This document shows, in pieces, positions 27,031-41,500 of a DNA stretch of 64,000 bases. How positions within the stretch are numbered: position 1 is the first letter of the stretch; every line of letters begins with the position of its first letter. A program made the translations under genes and the position numbers. Location: positions 1,513,696-1,577,695 of the forward strand of contig MU058540.1 in the NCBI GenBank assembly GCA_013265495.1. Direction: 5' to 3'. Below the pieces are notes generated by a model. That model searched no databases. It was not told the origin of the DNA and saw nothing but the letters and a program-made list of their open reading frames with translations. The stretch is from Vicugna vicugna (Eukaryota).

Positions 27031-28799
27031 GAAGTGTAGTGTTTTTAGTTACTATTACAGTTTAGAGCCATAAGAAGTCTTGGCTTTGAGTCAGTCTCTA
27101 AATTTTTGTCAGTAATTGCTACGCATATGTGTGCACAAAGGCATACATGTTAGGAGTCAACACAGAGATATTGTTAGAACTTTTTAGAGACCATAGACAT
27201 TTTAAGGCTTTCATTATTAACAGAATGGTTATATAAACCAATAGTTATTTAAGTCTACCAGCATGTTGACTTTGGTAGGTGATAAATAGAGTAATACAGA
27301 TTTATGTGTCAGGTAGAACAAGTGTGCAGCTGGCTCTGTGTGCCAGCTGTGTGTTCTCGGGCAAGCCGCTTCAGCTCTCTTTAGTTTCATCTCTCTGAGC
27401 ATGTTAAAATTTATAAAATGCAAGTTCTTATTTTACATATTAGGTGTCTGGTGTGATACATAGTTTGTAGTAGACTGAGCTGCTGTAGCTATTGTACTTC
27501 TAATAGACAATGTCTATTAGACTCATTACAGACTTTCTGGACTTCTTCATGCTCTAGGACATCAGCAAATGATAGGGCTTTCCTCTTCTTTGATTTATGA
27601 AGCTGTTTTTCTTCCCATGTAGAGGTTTGGCTGTTGTAAATGGTTGCCTTTTGACTTGTACACTTAAAAACTGAGATGCAGAAAGCTATTTGTGGGAAAG
27701 CCCTCCAGCTTGGGAAACTGTTTTCTTTATAAACCTTCAAGTCTCTCACTCCTCAGTTGGTAGATGCTACACATAGCATGGTCTTGCTTTTTAGCCAGGT
27801 GTCTGCCAAGGTTCTTAGTCATCCAGAGTGCTTATTTTTGGATTGACTCCAAGGACAGGATACTTGGTGCCTTTTGGGAAAGCTAGAAAAGGAATTTGGC
27901 AAATAGAGCAGATTTGGGAGGCTGATTAAATACAGATCTCAGTAAAGACCCTGAGACAGGCTCTGGGATTAAACTACATTTAAACGTATTACAAATAGGG
28001 ACAAAGAAAGTGAGAAAACTTGGACTTAGCTAAAACCAACTTTTTGTTGTTGTGAGTTTTTTTTTTTAATTTTCCAAAGTAATACACCTTGTTCAGCTAT
28101 TTTTACTAATGGAAGTTGCAACTAAGTGGCTACGGTGCTTACTAAATTGTGGAGAAATAACTTTAAAAAATTAGTTTAAACAGAAAAGCTTAAGGCAGCA
28201 AAATTCAATCTGTCTAACCTGTAAGTATATATTTTCATAAATAATTGCCTTGTTCCCTTCAAGAACAGATTATTTCCTTTTAGAAAGGAAATAATCTGCT
28301 TGGAAAAAAGATCTCCTTGGTTAAACAGAACCACAGCAGAGGGAGGTTACTAATAAAATTGATTCTGAGAAAGGGGTGTTACTTGTGTCCTAGCTCTCTT
28401 GGTTCAGGGTAAATGATGGCACTTGGAGAAGTCTTCACCCTGGACTAGATGCCAGGCCCATCAGGGCTTAGCCCAAGGACGGGGATTACTTGCTGCACAT
28501 CAGTCCCCTCAGTGCGCTTGCTTCCTTTGCAAACCTCACAGACTGAACCTCAACCCCTCTCCTTTCACCTGACCTCACGGTATGGGCAGGTGAGAGGTAC
28601 CCTACACCAGGGTTTACAGACTGACCTGTGAGAAAAATGATTCTGAGCCTTTAGATTCAGGGTATTCATCTGCTGGACTAGACGTTCAAGGCTCTTGGTA
28701 GGTCACTTCACTAAGAGAAGTAAGAGGAGAAAGGGCAGGGAAGATGATCAAGGGAGAGCTGAGAACAAGTGTCACATGAGGCAATAGAGAGAATTTATC

Positions 28800-29580
28800 C
28801 TAGTGTGAGGTGTCGTGAACAGAGCATTTCACTGGGAGACAGGAGCCTCGGTTCCGGTTGGGCCCAGCCATCTACTAGCTGTCCCTTCTCCTCACTGGGT
28901 CTCAGTTTCCTCATCTATAAAATACAGGTTTTGGACAAGATGGTTTTAGGCCCTAGGGGTTGAGAGATGAATAAACAAGGCCTCTGCCTTCAAGGAGCTC
29001 CTTGTCTGATGAAGGAAACAGGTTTGTTTTAAACAATAAAGAGAACATAGTATTGTAGAAGTTTTAAGTAGAATTCTGTAAAGAAGCACTGTGGATAAAG
29101 TTAATTCAGCCTGGAAAGTGGGGTGACATTTCATTGAGTCTTTGAAGGATGTTTGAGATTTCACAGAGATGTAGATGGGGTGAAGCAGAGAACAGCAAGT
29201 ACAAAGACAGGTGGCATATACCCGGTGCCCAGAGTATGTATTGAAGCGTGGAGGTTGGTGAGGCCTAAAAGGTAACTGGGGATAGCTTGGTAAGATCCTG
29301 ATTGCATAGCAAACTGAGAAGTTTTTCCTGTAGGCAGGAGAGAGCCAACGAAAGCTCTTTAGGAGAAAAATCTGACTGGATAAACATTTTGAAAAGTTTT
29401 AACAGTAGCAACATTGTAAAGAGTGTATTTTGATTTTGTCTGTGAATGAAGAGACTTCAGGCAATCAAGATCACTTTGGAGATTACTTCAGGTGTAAGGC
29501 AGTGACTTTGGGAATAGGGAGGAAGGGACAAATTTGTGAATTGTTTCAGAATGTAGAATATCTGGGATTTGGTAACCCCA
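28800..29580. mobile_element. MIR fragment plus degenerate L2 fragments
   Basis: ctcagtttcctcatctataaaat MIR core; cctctgccttcaaggagctc..gagtctttgaaggatg L2-like. Confidence 0.55.
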
Positions 29581-30017
29581 GGTTGACTCATTCACCTCCC
29601 CTAATCTCACTGTCAGTTAAATGAGTAGTACATAACCATTTTGTACAATTCCTATAATATCTTCTAAAATCCACCAGCCTTTGAAATCAGTGACCCGTTT
29701 GGTCCCCTCGCCTGGGGACTGGTACTGCAGTCATTTGGGCAGGCTTGTTCTTAGCCTCTCTGATTGAAGAGCTCCATTCAGAAGCAAATGGGAGTAATTG
29801 ATTTTCCTACTCCAGAGGCTGGAGATATCAAAGACCACAGGAGGTTTTTTGTTTGTTTGTTTGTTTGTTTGTTTTTTTTTTAAAGAGGCCAAATCCAGAA
29901 ATATATCTTCTCCAGAACTTCTTCTTAAAAGAACTCTTGTAAGAATCTTGTAGCTGGAAGCTCATCTCTCTGGATTAGATCTGGCTTTGCTTAAAAAAAA
30001 ATAGTGAGAGTATGTGT

Positions 30018-30458
30018 CATTAAAGAAATTTTTTTTCTGACACTTGTTAAAACAGTAAGGAAGACATTAAGATTGTTACAACAGGAGTATTGAAATAAGG
30101 GAGAGAGATCAGGCTTATCTTCGAACACAACAAGGACAAGTGGGGATGTTTGGCCAAGGAGGAGGGTGAGTGGGTCAGTGGATAGAAAATGACTTAATGG
30201 AAACATCAAGAGTAGGGGGATTCTTGCTAAACTGACCTAACAGGATTCTTGAAAAAGGCAGGCCAAGAACTTAGCCATCAAAGGTGAAGAACTTGATCAG
30301 ATATCAAGGGTGGGAGAACTCTTGATAAACTTACTTAACAGAATTCTTGCTAAAACTGGGCTGAGCTGGTCAAAGATAGTATGGGGGACAAAAGTCAAGA
30401 CCTAGTTTAAAAGTTTAAAAGAGTACTCTGAGAAGCCTGACTAAAAGAGTCTTTGTCA
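30018..30458 (-). mobile_element. Solo ERV1-class LTR (MER31/MER67-like)
   Basis: Reverse complement begins tgacaaagactc..ttagtcaggct, has repeated gtttagcaagaat motifs, and ends ttaacaagtgtcagaaaaaaaatttctttaa. Family assigned from memory. Confidence 0.75.
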
Positions 30459-30476
30459 CTGTGTGTGTGTGTTGTC

Positions 30477-30514
<38 letters not shown>
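30459..30514. repeat. (TG)n microsatellite, interrupted
   Basis: Two TG runs, each preceded by tgtcac. Confidence 0.95.
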
Positions 30515-30517
<3 letters not shown>

Positions 30518-31775
30518 TTTATTATGAATACATGCCTCACCCCCAGAACCAGTCTTCACACTTTGGTATATAGCCTTTCATATGTTAGTATAGGCTTAGA
30601 AAAACACCGTTCTTACAGAAATGAGATCACACTCTACGTACTGTGGTGCAGGTGCATTTCCCACTTCATATATCTTACGTGTTGTTTCATGTCAGCACAT
30701 ATACACTGGTCTCATTCTTTAGAATGCCTTGCCTTACTTTACTTTAGATCAGCCCTTATGTTTTAGATTCTAGTTCAGTTTTTTTTCACATGTATTAGCC
30801 CATTTATTCCATAAAACAACTCTCTCAGGGTGAGGATAGGACAAGTGACAACTCCATTTTACATAAAGTTTAGATGATCTACTAGAAATTTTGTGGCTAA
30901 TTGCATGTGTCAAGTCTTGGATTCACTCATAGGTCAGCTGTATGTGTGAAAAAACATTTAGATCCTTGACACTCAGCTTACAGATTAACCGCATTCAGAA
31001 TACTATTTTTTTTGTGGTGCTTAGACATTTAGGAAATATATATGATGTATGTAGGACACCTAGAATCTGATAATAAATTTAATTTAAGGTATACATCCCT
31101 TTTGCTTTATTATTTTCTATATTGAAATTTTTGGCATTTTAATTTCCTCAGAACAACAAAATAATCATCTTAAATACCTTAAGATAAAGTGAATTAAGTC
31201 AGCTTGTAGCTTTCATTATAATGTTGATACTTTTGATAGTTATCTGAAGTGACAAAGTTTGTCAGCTAATTGGATTTCTGGAAATGTTAATGGGAGCCTT
31301 TTAGTTAACTACCTCTATTCAATTCCCTCTGGGATCTGTTTCCTACCTAGAATATAGTGCCTCTCTCTCAGTACTCTTTATTGATTTCCTATAACCCTGG
31401 AGAGAAAGAAAAAAGCAGGACAGGATGAATGAGGAGCGAGGAACGTGAAGCAGGGCGGAAATGAAAGTGTATGAGCTGTGGGGAATTCATCTCCATCAGG
31501 AGTGAGAAAAATAGCCAGGAGAGAGCTGTTTTCAAGAAGTTGTATATTTTGGAGTTAAATCCAATGTCACCCATTCTAGTTCTGTGACTCTGGGTAAGTT
31601 ATTCTCTTCCATACTTGTCAGTTTCCTAGGATTCCCTAATAGGGTTATGATGAGAAGTAGTTATTTAATCCACTTAAAGTATACTTGGCTCATAGTAAAC
31701 ATTTACTATTGGTTGTAATTTCCAGGACTTTTAGACTCAAAATTGCAAGAAAAGTGTCTCAAAGTCTGGATGAAG

Positions 31776-31868
31776 TGAAGTGACCATATAATTTATTGTC
31801 CAGGCCAGGATGCTGTTAATAATTATGCTGGGACAGCAGATATAAGGCAGGATTTATGGTTTCCCTCA
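31776..31868. mobile_element. MER94-like hAT-Blackjack MITE remnant
   Basis: gtgaccatataatttattgtccaggccaggat..ttaataattatgctgggacagcag..tatggtttccct. Confidence 0.6.
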
Positions 31869-33799
31869 GATGAAGGTATCTTTGACCCCCAGACATGACT
31901 GATTAAGGCATCTTACCTTCCTTTTCAGCTCAGTTTAGCCTCTGGACTTTGACAAGCCAGGGAGCAAATCATTCTTAAAAGCTCTTCTGCGCACACGCAC
32001 CCTGCCCACCCCCCACCCCACCCCACCCCAAAACACACACTCACACTTACTAAACAATAGAAGAAACGTTATTTTTTTCTTTCTAGGTAACATGTTCCCT
32101 TACATATATTTAGAAAAAATGTGCAGTATTTTTTACTCATGAAATAACCTGATAGAGATACTTGAGTTCTTACAGTTGCCATAATCTAAACAAATAATTT
32201 ACCACAGCTTTCTTTAAACAGCTAGGCCCCTTCATGCTTTTAGGTGTAGATTTTACTCACTCTTTCAGCTCTCAGCACGTGCCAGGTACAGTGCCGCCTT
32301 GGCAGTGAGGATACAGTGGTAAACATAATATATTTGGGTCTGCCTGGAAGTTGCTTGTGGTCCAGTGAGAAAGACAATCCAATAATGATGGGTGACAAAT
32401 AGAGCTCTAGACTCAGATCGCTGAGATCAAGGCAAAGTACAAGGAGCCCTACAAGTACTCAAGAAGTCCTACCTGGCCTGGGAAGGAAAGGAAAGTTACC
32501 TGCGGAGGAGAGCTTTGCTTAATGCTGAAGAGGAGTTGAAAAGGCAAGATGGGGAAGAAGCTGGAGGGAGCCTGGCCTCCTAGGAAAGAAGACCCGGTAT
32601 GAGGAATGCAGAAAACTAGGAAGTGTTTGTTTTTAAAAGATCACCTGGCTGCAGTTTGATCACACACTCTACCCCTTGCCTGCAAGCCCTTTCATCCCTT
32701 TTTCTTGAGATTGGATGCCATTCATCCAGGCTTCCCCCTGTGTTCCCTAGGCTTTTGCAGTTGTTTTATAACACATATCACGTTGCATTATAATATTTAT
32801 TTCTGTGCCTCAGAGGTACTTTAGGTCAGGGAATTGGTCTTATTTATTGTAAGATACCTAGAAGAGCACGGTGGCTTCTCCCCGCTCCCCAGATTTATTT
32901 GAGTATTCACTGTGTGCCTGGTACTATGCGCTTTCTGCTTGTGAAGGTGGCACAAGACAGGTGCTGTCCCTGCTATCACGGAGCATGCAGTGTGACAGAA
33001 GTCAGAATCTTGAACTCTGGAGACCATTTTCCTTCCGTGCCTTTTTTGCAGTTGTGGAACAGAAACTGTGAATGCCTCAGTGTTAAGAAGCCAGGCTAAC
33101 ATAAATTGAATCAAATAAAAGATAAGGACCCCTAAAGTCTTAGTGTAAACCATGAGGGAAATATGGCTTGTAAAAATGTGATTTACACATTAATCCTCGT
33201 GAATACGTCGTAGTAACAGTAGAGTGCTCCTGTAGTGCTCTCACTTCCTGGTAGTGTACTTGTCAGATTGTCATGTCCACGTCATATTGAAGCTATGTGC
33301 TTCTCATGCCACCGCTCCCATGCCCCTCTCCTGTTACAGGGTTGACAGGGAGGCAGTGCCAGTTCCGCCAAAGAGAGCAGTGATTGAAAATAGCAGTTAG
33401 TAGAGTGACTGTAGAAGGTTTCCAACAGTTCCTGCTCACAAGGGACTTGCCTTGCCAGTTTGTGTGTGGGGGTATGTGTGTGTGCAGATTACTGATTAGA
33501 AACAGAAGACAGTTGTCCTTGGCAAGAGAGAGGGGAGAACTCCTTGCTGGCTTCTAGAACAAGGAAGCCATCCTTCCAAGTTTACTGTGTGAGTTGTGTC
33601 ACCTGTGAGGTTAAAATGGGGCGTTGTCTTTCTGCTGTGTTTCTCATGAGGTAAGAAACCCTTCAAAGTCACTGCCTGTCATCTTATATTTGAAACACAA
33701 AACACATGGCCACAAAAGCCAAGGTTACCGTCCAGCCTGACATGTAGTCAGAATGATTTCTGCACCGTCCTTACCAGGGGGCCACTTATGCACACCTGA

Positions 33800-35990
33800 A
33801 TTCTTTTCTGGGGAAGCAGCCATTTCCAGCTCTTACTGTTTCCTTCAGATTTTTTATTATTATGCTTATGCTGCTCTTTCTTGATTTTTAAATTTTAGAC
33901 ATCCTCTATCAGTCTTAGTAATGGAAGAGGAGGGTTTAGCTTTCTTGCATTCTCTTGGTCCACTGCCTCCGCCTTCATATGTATCACAATTTTTAGTTAC
34001 TTCAGTATCTAATGTTCATGTTTATATAATCATGGCTGTTAAAATATTATTAACCTGCTGAACCAATTAGTATACAATAATCCTCTTTTTTTTTCTTGTA
34101 AAGTCCATTAACTGTCTCTCTCATTGGTTTTCTGAGTTTCCTATGTCTAGCTCACTCTTCATTCCTAAATATCAACCATAATTTTTCAATCCCTAAAAAT
34201 TAATTTCCCTGTCCTAAGCAGATACATCAGTTGATCTTGTCAGTTTCATTTTCTCTGGCAGATGTCCCTCTGGGGCCCTGCATTCTCCAGCGTTGGTCAG
34301 ATATTCTTCAGGCTTGCTGCGCAGCTGATTCCCTTTGCCTTTTTTTTTTTTGCCCCATTTCCTGGATGCTTGCCTTCCTCTTTCGTGGTTTGCTCATTTA
34401 TTTGGTAGAGCATATCCTCCTGTCACTTCCTGATAAAAAGGGTGTGTGGGAGGTAAAATTTGAAACTCTTCATGTCTAAAAATATCTTTATTCTCTTTTT
34501 CATACTTGACTGATTATTTGTCTGCTGTAGAATTCGAGGTTGGAAATCATTTCACCTTTGAATTTTGAAAGCATTGCTCCTTTGTCTTATGGCTTCCAGA
34601 GGCAAAAGCCATGAGTTTTTGAAGGTCTTGAAATTATTGAAAATTTTGATGCCACTCAGTCCTTTGTATGTGAACTGTTTTTTCTCTCTGGAAACTGTTC
34701 TCTTTATCCCATGTATTCTGAAATTCTACAGTGTACCGTGGGGGTGGGTCTTTTTAAAAATTATTCACTGTACTGAGTATAGGATGGACTCTTTCAACTG
34801 GAAGTTCATATCCATCAGTTCTAAGAAGATTTCTTAAGTTATTTCTTTGAAAAATTTCTCCTCTCTTCTTTCTCTCTTTTCTCTGAAACTCTTGGTCCTC
34901 TAATTTTCTTACCTTTTGTCTTGAATTTCCCATCTTTTTTGATTCTAGTTTCTGAGAGATTTACCCAACTTTATCATCTAGCTCTTTATATTTTTATTTC
35001 TACTATAATTTTTTAATTTCCAAAATCTTTGCACTGATTTTGCCAATTTGTTTTCTAATCATGTTCTGTATGATAATAGTTTTTTTTCACTGAGGTTTTA
35101 TTTGGTTCCTTGGTTCTGTTCCTTTGAGTCCCTTTACTCTGTTTTGTGCTCTCTCTTTTTATGTTGAACATTTTCCTTAAATGTATGGTGATCCTTAGTT
35201 GTCATTTTTATTCAAGAGTGCAACACTAAGAAGCCGACTGAGTGGTCTGTATAGTGGTGGGAGGAATTTGTAAAGGATGGGTCTTATATACTCTGTAGAG
35301 GGTGATTGGTCAGGAACCCACTTGCTTTGTTGAGGAATTCCCAAAAATTAACATCTGTTGAACCTTTCTGTGGAGTCATTTGGTTTCTGCCAGAAAGAAT
35401 CTTTCAACCTTCTGTCTGGGGTTGAAGGGTAGGGCTGTCAACATTCTGGAAGCCAAGTGGGTGAACAGGCTGGGATCTCATTCCTTCAGGATGTAGACTT
35501 TTTTTTAGGGCCTTTGCTTTCTGTACAATGCCTCTTCCTGGCTTCTGCTATTCCTAATGTCCCTGAGTTTAGAGCCTACCTGGTTCAGTTTCTTCACAGA
35601 ATAAATCTACCTTCTCCTCCCTGGGTGCAGGTAATTGTCTGCTGGCTGCCCTGATGTGACTGGAGACCTGGTGATCTAATGCCTTTTTATACAGAATTTA
35701 TATCAAGTCCGCCTTTTCAGCCCCTCCTCATCCCTGATCTCCTGTGCTACCTGGTACCTCGAATCCCTGCATCTTTCCTGGATGTGTGTGTGAATTGGCA
35801 TAACCTTCTCTGGCTACAGGGATTAACTTTTTCAGCTCTGCTAATTTATCTACTTTTCATTTTCCAAAAAATTTGACATTTTATGTTCACTGTTACCTTT
35901 CTCCTATTCTTTTTCTGCTTGTTTTTACTCTCATTTTAATGAGTTTCAGGAGTGAGGAGAAATCAAAGTGCATGTTCAATTTTTCCCAGT
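33800..35990 (-). mobile_element. Ancient degenerate LINE-1 (L1ME-like) 5'/ORF1 region
   Basis: T-rich; catgtctaaaaatatctttattct, tagaattcgaggttggaaatcatttc, aaagcattgctcctttgtcttatggcttccag. Boundaries approximate. Confidence 0.6.
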
Positions 35991-36999
35991 TAACTAGAAT
36001 TTCTTTGACATTGTTTTGGGTGTTGCTTATCTGATTGTTTCATGTCTAAGTTTTGTCTTTTCCCAAAGATCACAAGCTTCTTTGACAATGAGGATGGTTT
36101 CCTGGGCTCCTTGTTATCTCTCCTTTCATCCTCAACAGTTAAATATGTAGAAAACATTTTGTAAGGATGTGTCAAATTCATTTGAGTAAGATGAAGTCTT
36201 TTTAAAATTAGACTGACTTTGGACAATGTTTCATTGTGTTGGAAAACTGCCAGTCCTTCCTGAGGTCCAGAGATAAATCTGCCTTTGCAAGGATAACCAG
36301 AAGAGGAAAACAGTGAGGGCCTTTGGCAGAAAAAGGCTGATGAGACAAACTCCTGTTTAGATTTAATGAAGAATTGATGGAGAGCTGCCCAGAACCTCTC
36401 TTCCCGCTCAAGTTCATTGCCATTGCTCCCTTGTCACAGGGTCAGTGATGAAGAAGGCCCTTTCCTGACTTGATACTCTGAGAGTCATTGACTTCCTGAG
36501 AACGAGTGTAGGAGGAGACCCACAGAGCTCCAAGTTGTTTATTCTCAACAGTCAAGGTCAAGAGCCTGAATAAATTAGAAGGAACATGCATTAGAAGTCA
36601 GACATGGAATTTTGTTCCAGTTCCACATTAATTAGCTGTATGACAATCAATAAGTCATTTGAACTTCAGTTTTCTTACCTGTAAGATGGAAATTACAGCA
36701 TGTACTTTCCTACTCTATAATATCATCGTAAGGGTCAAATAAAGGTAACATACATGCATATGAATATTTGAGCATTGTCATTTTAAACCAACTGGTGTAA
36801 GCATGGCGTTTTAGACTCTGCCTATTGACTGGATGTCTGCGCATGGGAGTCCAGATTCATTTCAGCCTCTACTAATCCAAAGCCAAACTCCCTTTGCCTC
36901 CTCCCCTTCTCTCCCCTACTTGACTCTACCACAATCACAAAACAAAGCAATACTGGTTTTCCTCCTCAGTTTTCTCTCACTGGCCACTGAACTGTTCAA

Positions 37000-37700
37000 A
37001 TGCACACCTCTGTCACCCCCACCCTGCCCCATTTAGTCACCAGATCCTGTCTTTTCTGTTGACTCTATCCCTTTCTCTCTGTCCTCCTCACCACAGCCTT
37101 CATTCAGGTCCTCACTTTGTGCCTGCATTGCTAACTTCCAGCTTTGCTCCCTGGATGTAATCACACACTTCTTCCAGTCTGTCATCTACACAGATGCTTA
37201 GCATGATGATTTTTTTCCAAAATCTGAAATATTTCAAACCATCTTAACAAGCATGGTGAATAACAGATTCACCATCTAGGTTCCCACCTCCCAGCTGTCA
37301 ACAGAAGGATTTTTCTAAGACATACTTCTGATTAGTCCCTGCTTAAAACTTTTCAGTGGCATACAGGACCCTTCATGATCTGGCTCTGCCTGCCTCTCCA
37401 TCCATGCATTCACCATCGTGCTCCAGCCACTCATAATTTCTTGCATTTGCCCCAGTTTGCTGAGACTACTCATGGGACCTTGAATTTGGGTTTTTCCTCT
37501 TCGTGTCTTCTGCCTGGCTAATTCCTTCTAAGCTTTAAAGGCTCAGCTCAGGTATCTCCTCTTCTGCAAAGCCTCCCTTGTTCCCATTTCCCCATGAGCT
37601 ACGCTTTACATGCTTCCTTCCCAGAATGCCGCACACTGCACTGTCACTTGTTTACTTGTCTGACTTCTCCCTACTCTCAAGGGTAGAGACTGTGTAGCAC
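37000..37700 (+). mobile_element. Degenerate L2 fragment
   Basis: ccctgcttaaaacttttcagtggc..cccttcatgatctggctctgcc..ctaattccttctaagctttaaaggctcagctcagg. Confidence 0.6.
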
Positions 37701-38779
37701 TGCAGCGAATGGAAGATAGGGCATTGACATTTATTGAATTGAGCTTATTTGGACACTCTGCCAGTCCATTGAGATGTCATTTTTTGTCTGTATAAAGTAA
37801 GCAGTTAAGTGACTGGGCAACCACATGAAGCAAGCTTACAGCCAGTGTGGAGCCGCTGTAGGATATCATCTGGTCCTGATCCCATAGAACGGTCACAGGT
37901 GAAGGTGGGCTGGCCACTTTGGGTCCAACTTATGGTTCATCTGTCTCTGTGTTTTATGTACAGACATCTCAAATTCTGTATTCTTCCATGTCCCATCGAG
38001 AGACTGTTGCCACTTCTAATGGATACTGGGTAGCAGGTTTGTTATACTGAGTGGAGACCGTGTCACACTGGGGTAGTAGGTTGGGAAAAACCGAATGTTA
38101 GAAGTTGCCAACTGGTGGTCCTGGGCCAGTTCCTTCCATAGTGCTATGTTCTTGGAAACATGAGGGGTTCCCTTAAAGGGCTTAAAGTATATAGTATGGA
38201 TGAGCAGCATAAAGAATCCACTGTGTTTCAAGGTCAAATATGATGAATACAGTGGTGAAGGTGCAGTAGATGATTTGGAAAATCTGAGGAGGGTGAGACT
38301 AATACCAGCCAGCACAGTGAGAAAAGGTGTGTGGATTCAGGGGACCTTTGAGCAGGGCCACTTTCTGTGCTGAACAGCATAAATGTCACAGTATATTTTA
38401 TGCTGTTCTTATTTGATTCATGGAGACTTCACTTTTACCCCATATGTTGGACTGGTTTTTGCTAGATCTGAAGAGTGATATCCAAATTTAAATATGGGTA
38501 TCAATGGACCTTTTAAATCAAGTAGGAGGAACCCTGAGTCCATTTCACAGACTTAATGTTGATCATCCTAGTTTGGATTTTAGGGTTTATGCCTCTTTCT
38601 CATGTTTTGAAGATGTTCCCTCTCTTCTTCAGCATGGACTTTGTATCTCCTCTGTTTTCTTCCACTGGCCTTTAGCCTAGACCCTGGCACAGTAGATACC
38701 CTGTGGCCGCTTGCTGAACTGAGCTCACCTCGGTACGTTTGTAAAGCCTGATCCCTGCAGGCAGCGCTCCCTGCTCCTC

Positions 38780-39190
38780 CAGGCTCTGCAGCCCCATGTC
38801 AGGCACGTTCCTCCCCAGGGTTTTTGCATTTGATGCTCTCTGCCTGTCTCCCTCAGGCACCCACACTGTCCATTTCTTCACTTTAATTGGATTGCTGTTC
38901 AAAGGTAACCTTCTTAGAGAGGTTATTTCTATGAGTACCTTATTTAAAGTGTTACCCCTGTCCTATTTCATCCCCCATATTTGTTTTATGTGCTTCCTTT
39001 GCTGCTCTGTGGGACTTACTGCCACCTGGCATCATATGGTCTCTTTGTTCACTCACTCTCCTTCCCCCTAGAACTGGAGTTCCATTAGGGCAGAGACTTT
39101 GTCTTTTCCCATTTGCATCTCCAGCCCCTGGAACAGTGACTGGTGCATAGAGGGCACACTTCACGTATCTGTTGAATAGGCATGTGAGTG
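38780..39190 (+). mobile_element. L2 3' end
   Basis: cccagggtttttgcatttg..gggcagagactttgtc..ccagcccctggaacagtgactggtgcatagag..tgttgaat. Confidence 0.7.
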
Positions 39191-40294
39191 ACCCCACGAG
39201 GGGAACCTCATTCGGCACCTGTCTCACCATATAGAGTGGGCTGTGTCTGTATGGTCTGTTCTTATTCATCAGTACCTCCAGATCTGGCGTGCTACCTGCC
39301 ATGTATAAATGTGTAATCCATTTTTAAATGAATGAAGAGAGCCCTTGGAGGTAGGATTCCAAAGCCACAGGTTCTCATCAGCCATACTCTTCCTGGTCCC
39401 CTCCAGTGTCTTGAGATATTGTCTCAAAACAAGTGATTCTGAGTCACAGAAGGCAAGGTTTGCTGTGCTTCAATGCCATGTCCATACAGATGGGTCGCTG
39501 TGACACATCTTTAGCTTCTCAATCCTGTGCTGTTAAACTAGCTTAAGCCAGTTTACTTCTAGTTTCCATGAGCCATTTAAGTCTTAAGGAGACTATCATA
39601 GTAGAATTTACAGATGCAGAGATGTTAGAAAGCTTAGGTGACTGATTCAAGGTCACATAACTGGCAAGTGCCCGAGGCAAGTTTTGAAGTTAGGTGACCT
39701 TCAGGGTTAGTCTGAGGGTTTTTTCTGTAGGTCAAGAGCAGCTATTGCACTTCTGCACAATCTGTATAGGTTAGGCTTTGTTTAGGAATCTCTTGGACCG
39801 TTTCTGCTTTTTTTTCCTGGTTCTCTGGGTACACTGTGTTCTGCTTTTGTTCTTCAGTGAGCAGCGCTTTGGTCCTTACTGCTTTAGAAAAACCTAACAG
39901 GACAACTGTGATAGGGAGGAAGACCTAGATTGTAAATAGCTCTTTTCTTGGGCTGCGAAAAAGGAAGAAACTTGTGTGGAGGGGAGTATCACTACCATTT
40001 TGTCTGAAGCTAAAATTCCAAGCAGGGGTTATAGTTCTCCATTTTTGTTTGCTTTATTTAATGTATTCCCCATTCCCCCAAATTTCTAGATGGACAGTTA
40101 GAGGAAATGCTAATTAGAGAAAAGAAAGGGAAAAGGCTTTACCAGTTGGAACTGTTGCAGCTTTATACAGGAAAGTCCTTATCTTTCGTAATTGTTTTGA
40201 GGTATTTTTAGTGCTGGTGTAGGATAGCCAAACTTAATCACCTCTAAACCAGAGACACAGAAGTAAAAGTTAGAAAATGAGGGGGGTGGGATGG

Positions 40295-40390
40295 GGGGAG
40301 GGTATAGCTCAGTGGTCAGGCACATGCTTAGCATGCAAGAGGTCCTGGGTTCAATCCCCAGTAAGTACCTCCATTAAAAATAAATAAATA
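40295..40390 (+). mobile_element. Vic-1 type SINE, 5' part (3' part displaced to about 41502-41580 by an L1 insertion)
   Basis: ggggagggtatagctcagtggt..gggttcaatccccagt..acctccattaaaaataaataaata; remainder aaacaaacctattccctcccccgccaaa lies downstream of the L1. Confidence 0.85.
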
Positions 40391-41500
40391 TGGGACCTAA
40401 TTAAACTTACAAGCTTCTGCACAGCAAAGGAAACCATAAGCAAAACAAAACGACAACCTACGGAATGGGAGAAAATATTTGCAAATGATGAAACCGACAA
40501 AGGCTTGATCTCCAGAATATATAAGCAGCTCATATGACTTAATAAAAAAAAATCCAATCCAAAAATAGGCAGAAGACCTAAACAAGCAATTCTCCAAGGA
40601 AGAAATAAAAATGATCAATAGGCACATGAAAAAATGCTCAATATCACTAATTATCAGAGAAATGCAAATCAAAACTACAAGGAGGTATCACCTCACACCA
40701 GTCAGAATGGCCATCATTCAAAAGCCCACAAATGACAAATGCTGGAGAGGCTGTGGAGAAAAGGGAACCCTCTTACACTGTAGGTGGGAATACAGTTTGG
40801 TGCAGCCACTGTGGAAAACAGTTATGGAGATTCCTCAAAAGACTAGGAATAGACTTAACCATATGACCCAGTCATTCCACTCCTGGGCAGATATCCAGAA
40901 GGAACCCTACTTCAAAAAGACACCTTCACCCCAGTGTTCACAGCAGCACTATTTAAAATAACCAAGACATGGAAACAGCCTAAATGTCCATTAGCAGATG
41001 ACTGGATAAAGAAGATGTGATATATTTATGCAGTGGAATACTATTCAGCTGTAAAAAAAAAACAACAACATAACGCCATTTGCAGCAACATGGATGTTCC
41101 TGGAGAATGTCATTCTAAGTGAAGTAAGCCAGAAAGAGAAAGAAAAATACCATATGAAATCGCTCATATGTGGAATCTTTAAAAAAAAGAAAAAAACATA
41201 AATGCAAAACAGAAACAGACTCAGACATAGAATACAAACTTGTGGTTGCCAAGGGGGAGGGGATGGGAAGGGATAGACTGGGAATTCAAAATTTGTAGAT
41301 ACTGACAGGCATATGTAGAATAGATAAACAAGACTATACAATATAGCACAGGGAAATATATACAAGATCTTGTGGTAGCTCACAGTGAAAAAAAAATGTG
41401 ACAATGAATATATGTATGTTCCTGTACAACTGAAAAATTGAGCTCTACACTGGAATTTGACACACCATTGTAAAATGACTGTAACTCAACAAAAAGTGTT
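40391..41500 (+). mobile_element. 5'-truncated young LINE-1 (ORF2 C-terminus and 3'UTR), sense to ANKS1A
   Basis: ORF 40611..40961 [32 protein letters not shown]..; 3'UTR ending aatgactgtaactcaacaaaaa. Confidence 0.95.

Noticed and set aside
33770..33786. CTCF-like ttaccagggggccact, and scattered AP-1 (TGASTCA) or YY1-like motifs elsewhere
   Set aside because: Imperfect or short motifs expected by chance; not supportable without chromatin data.
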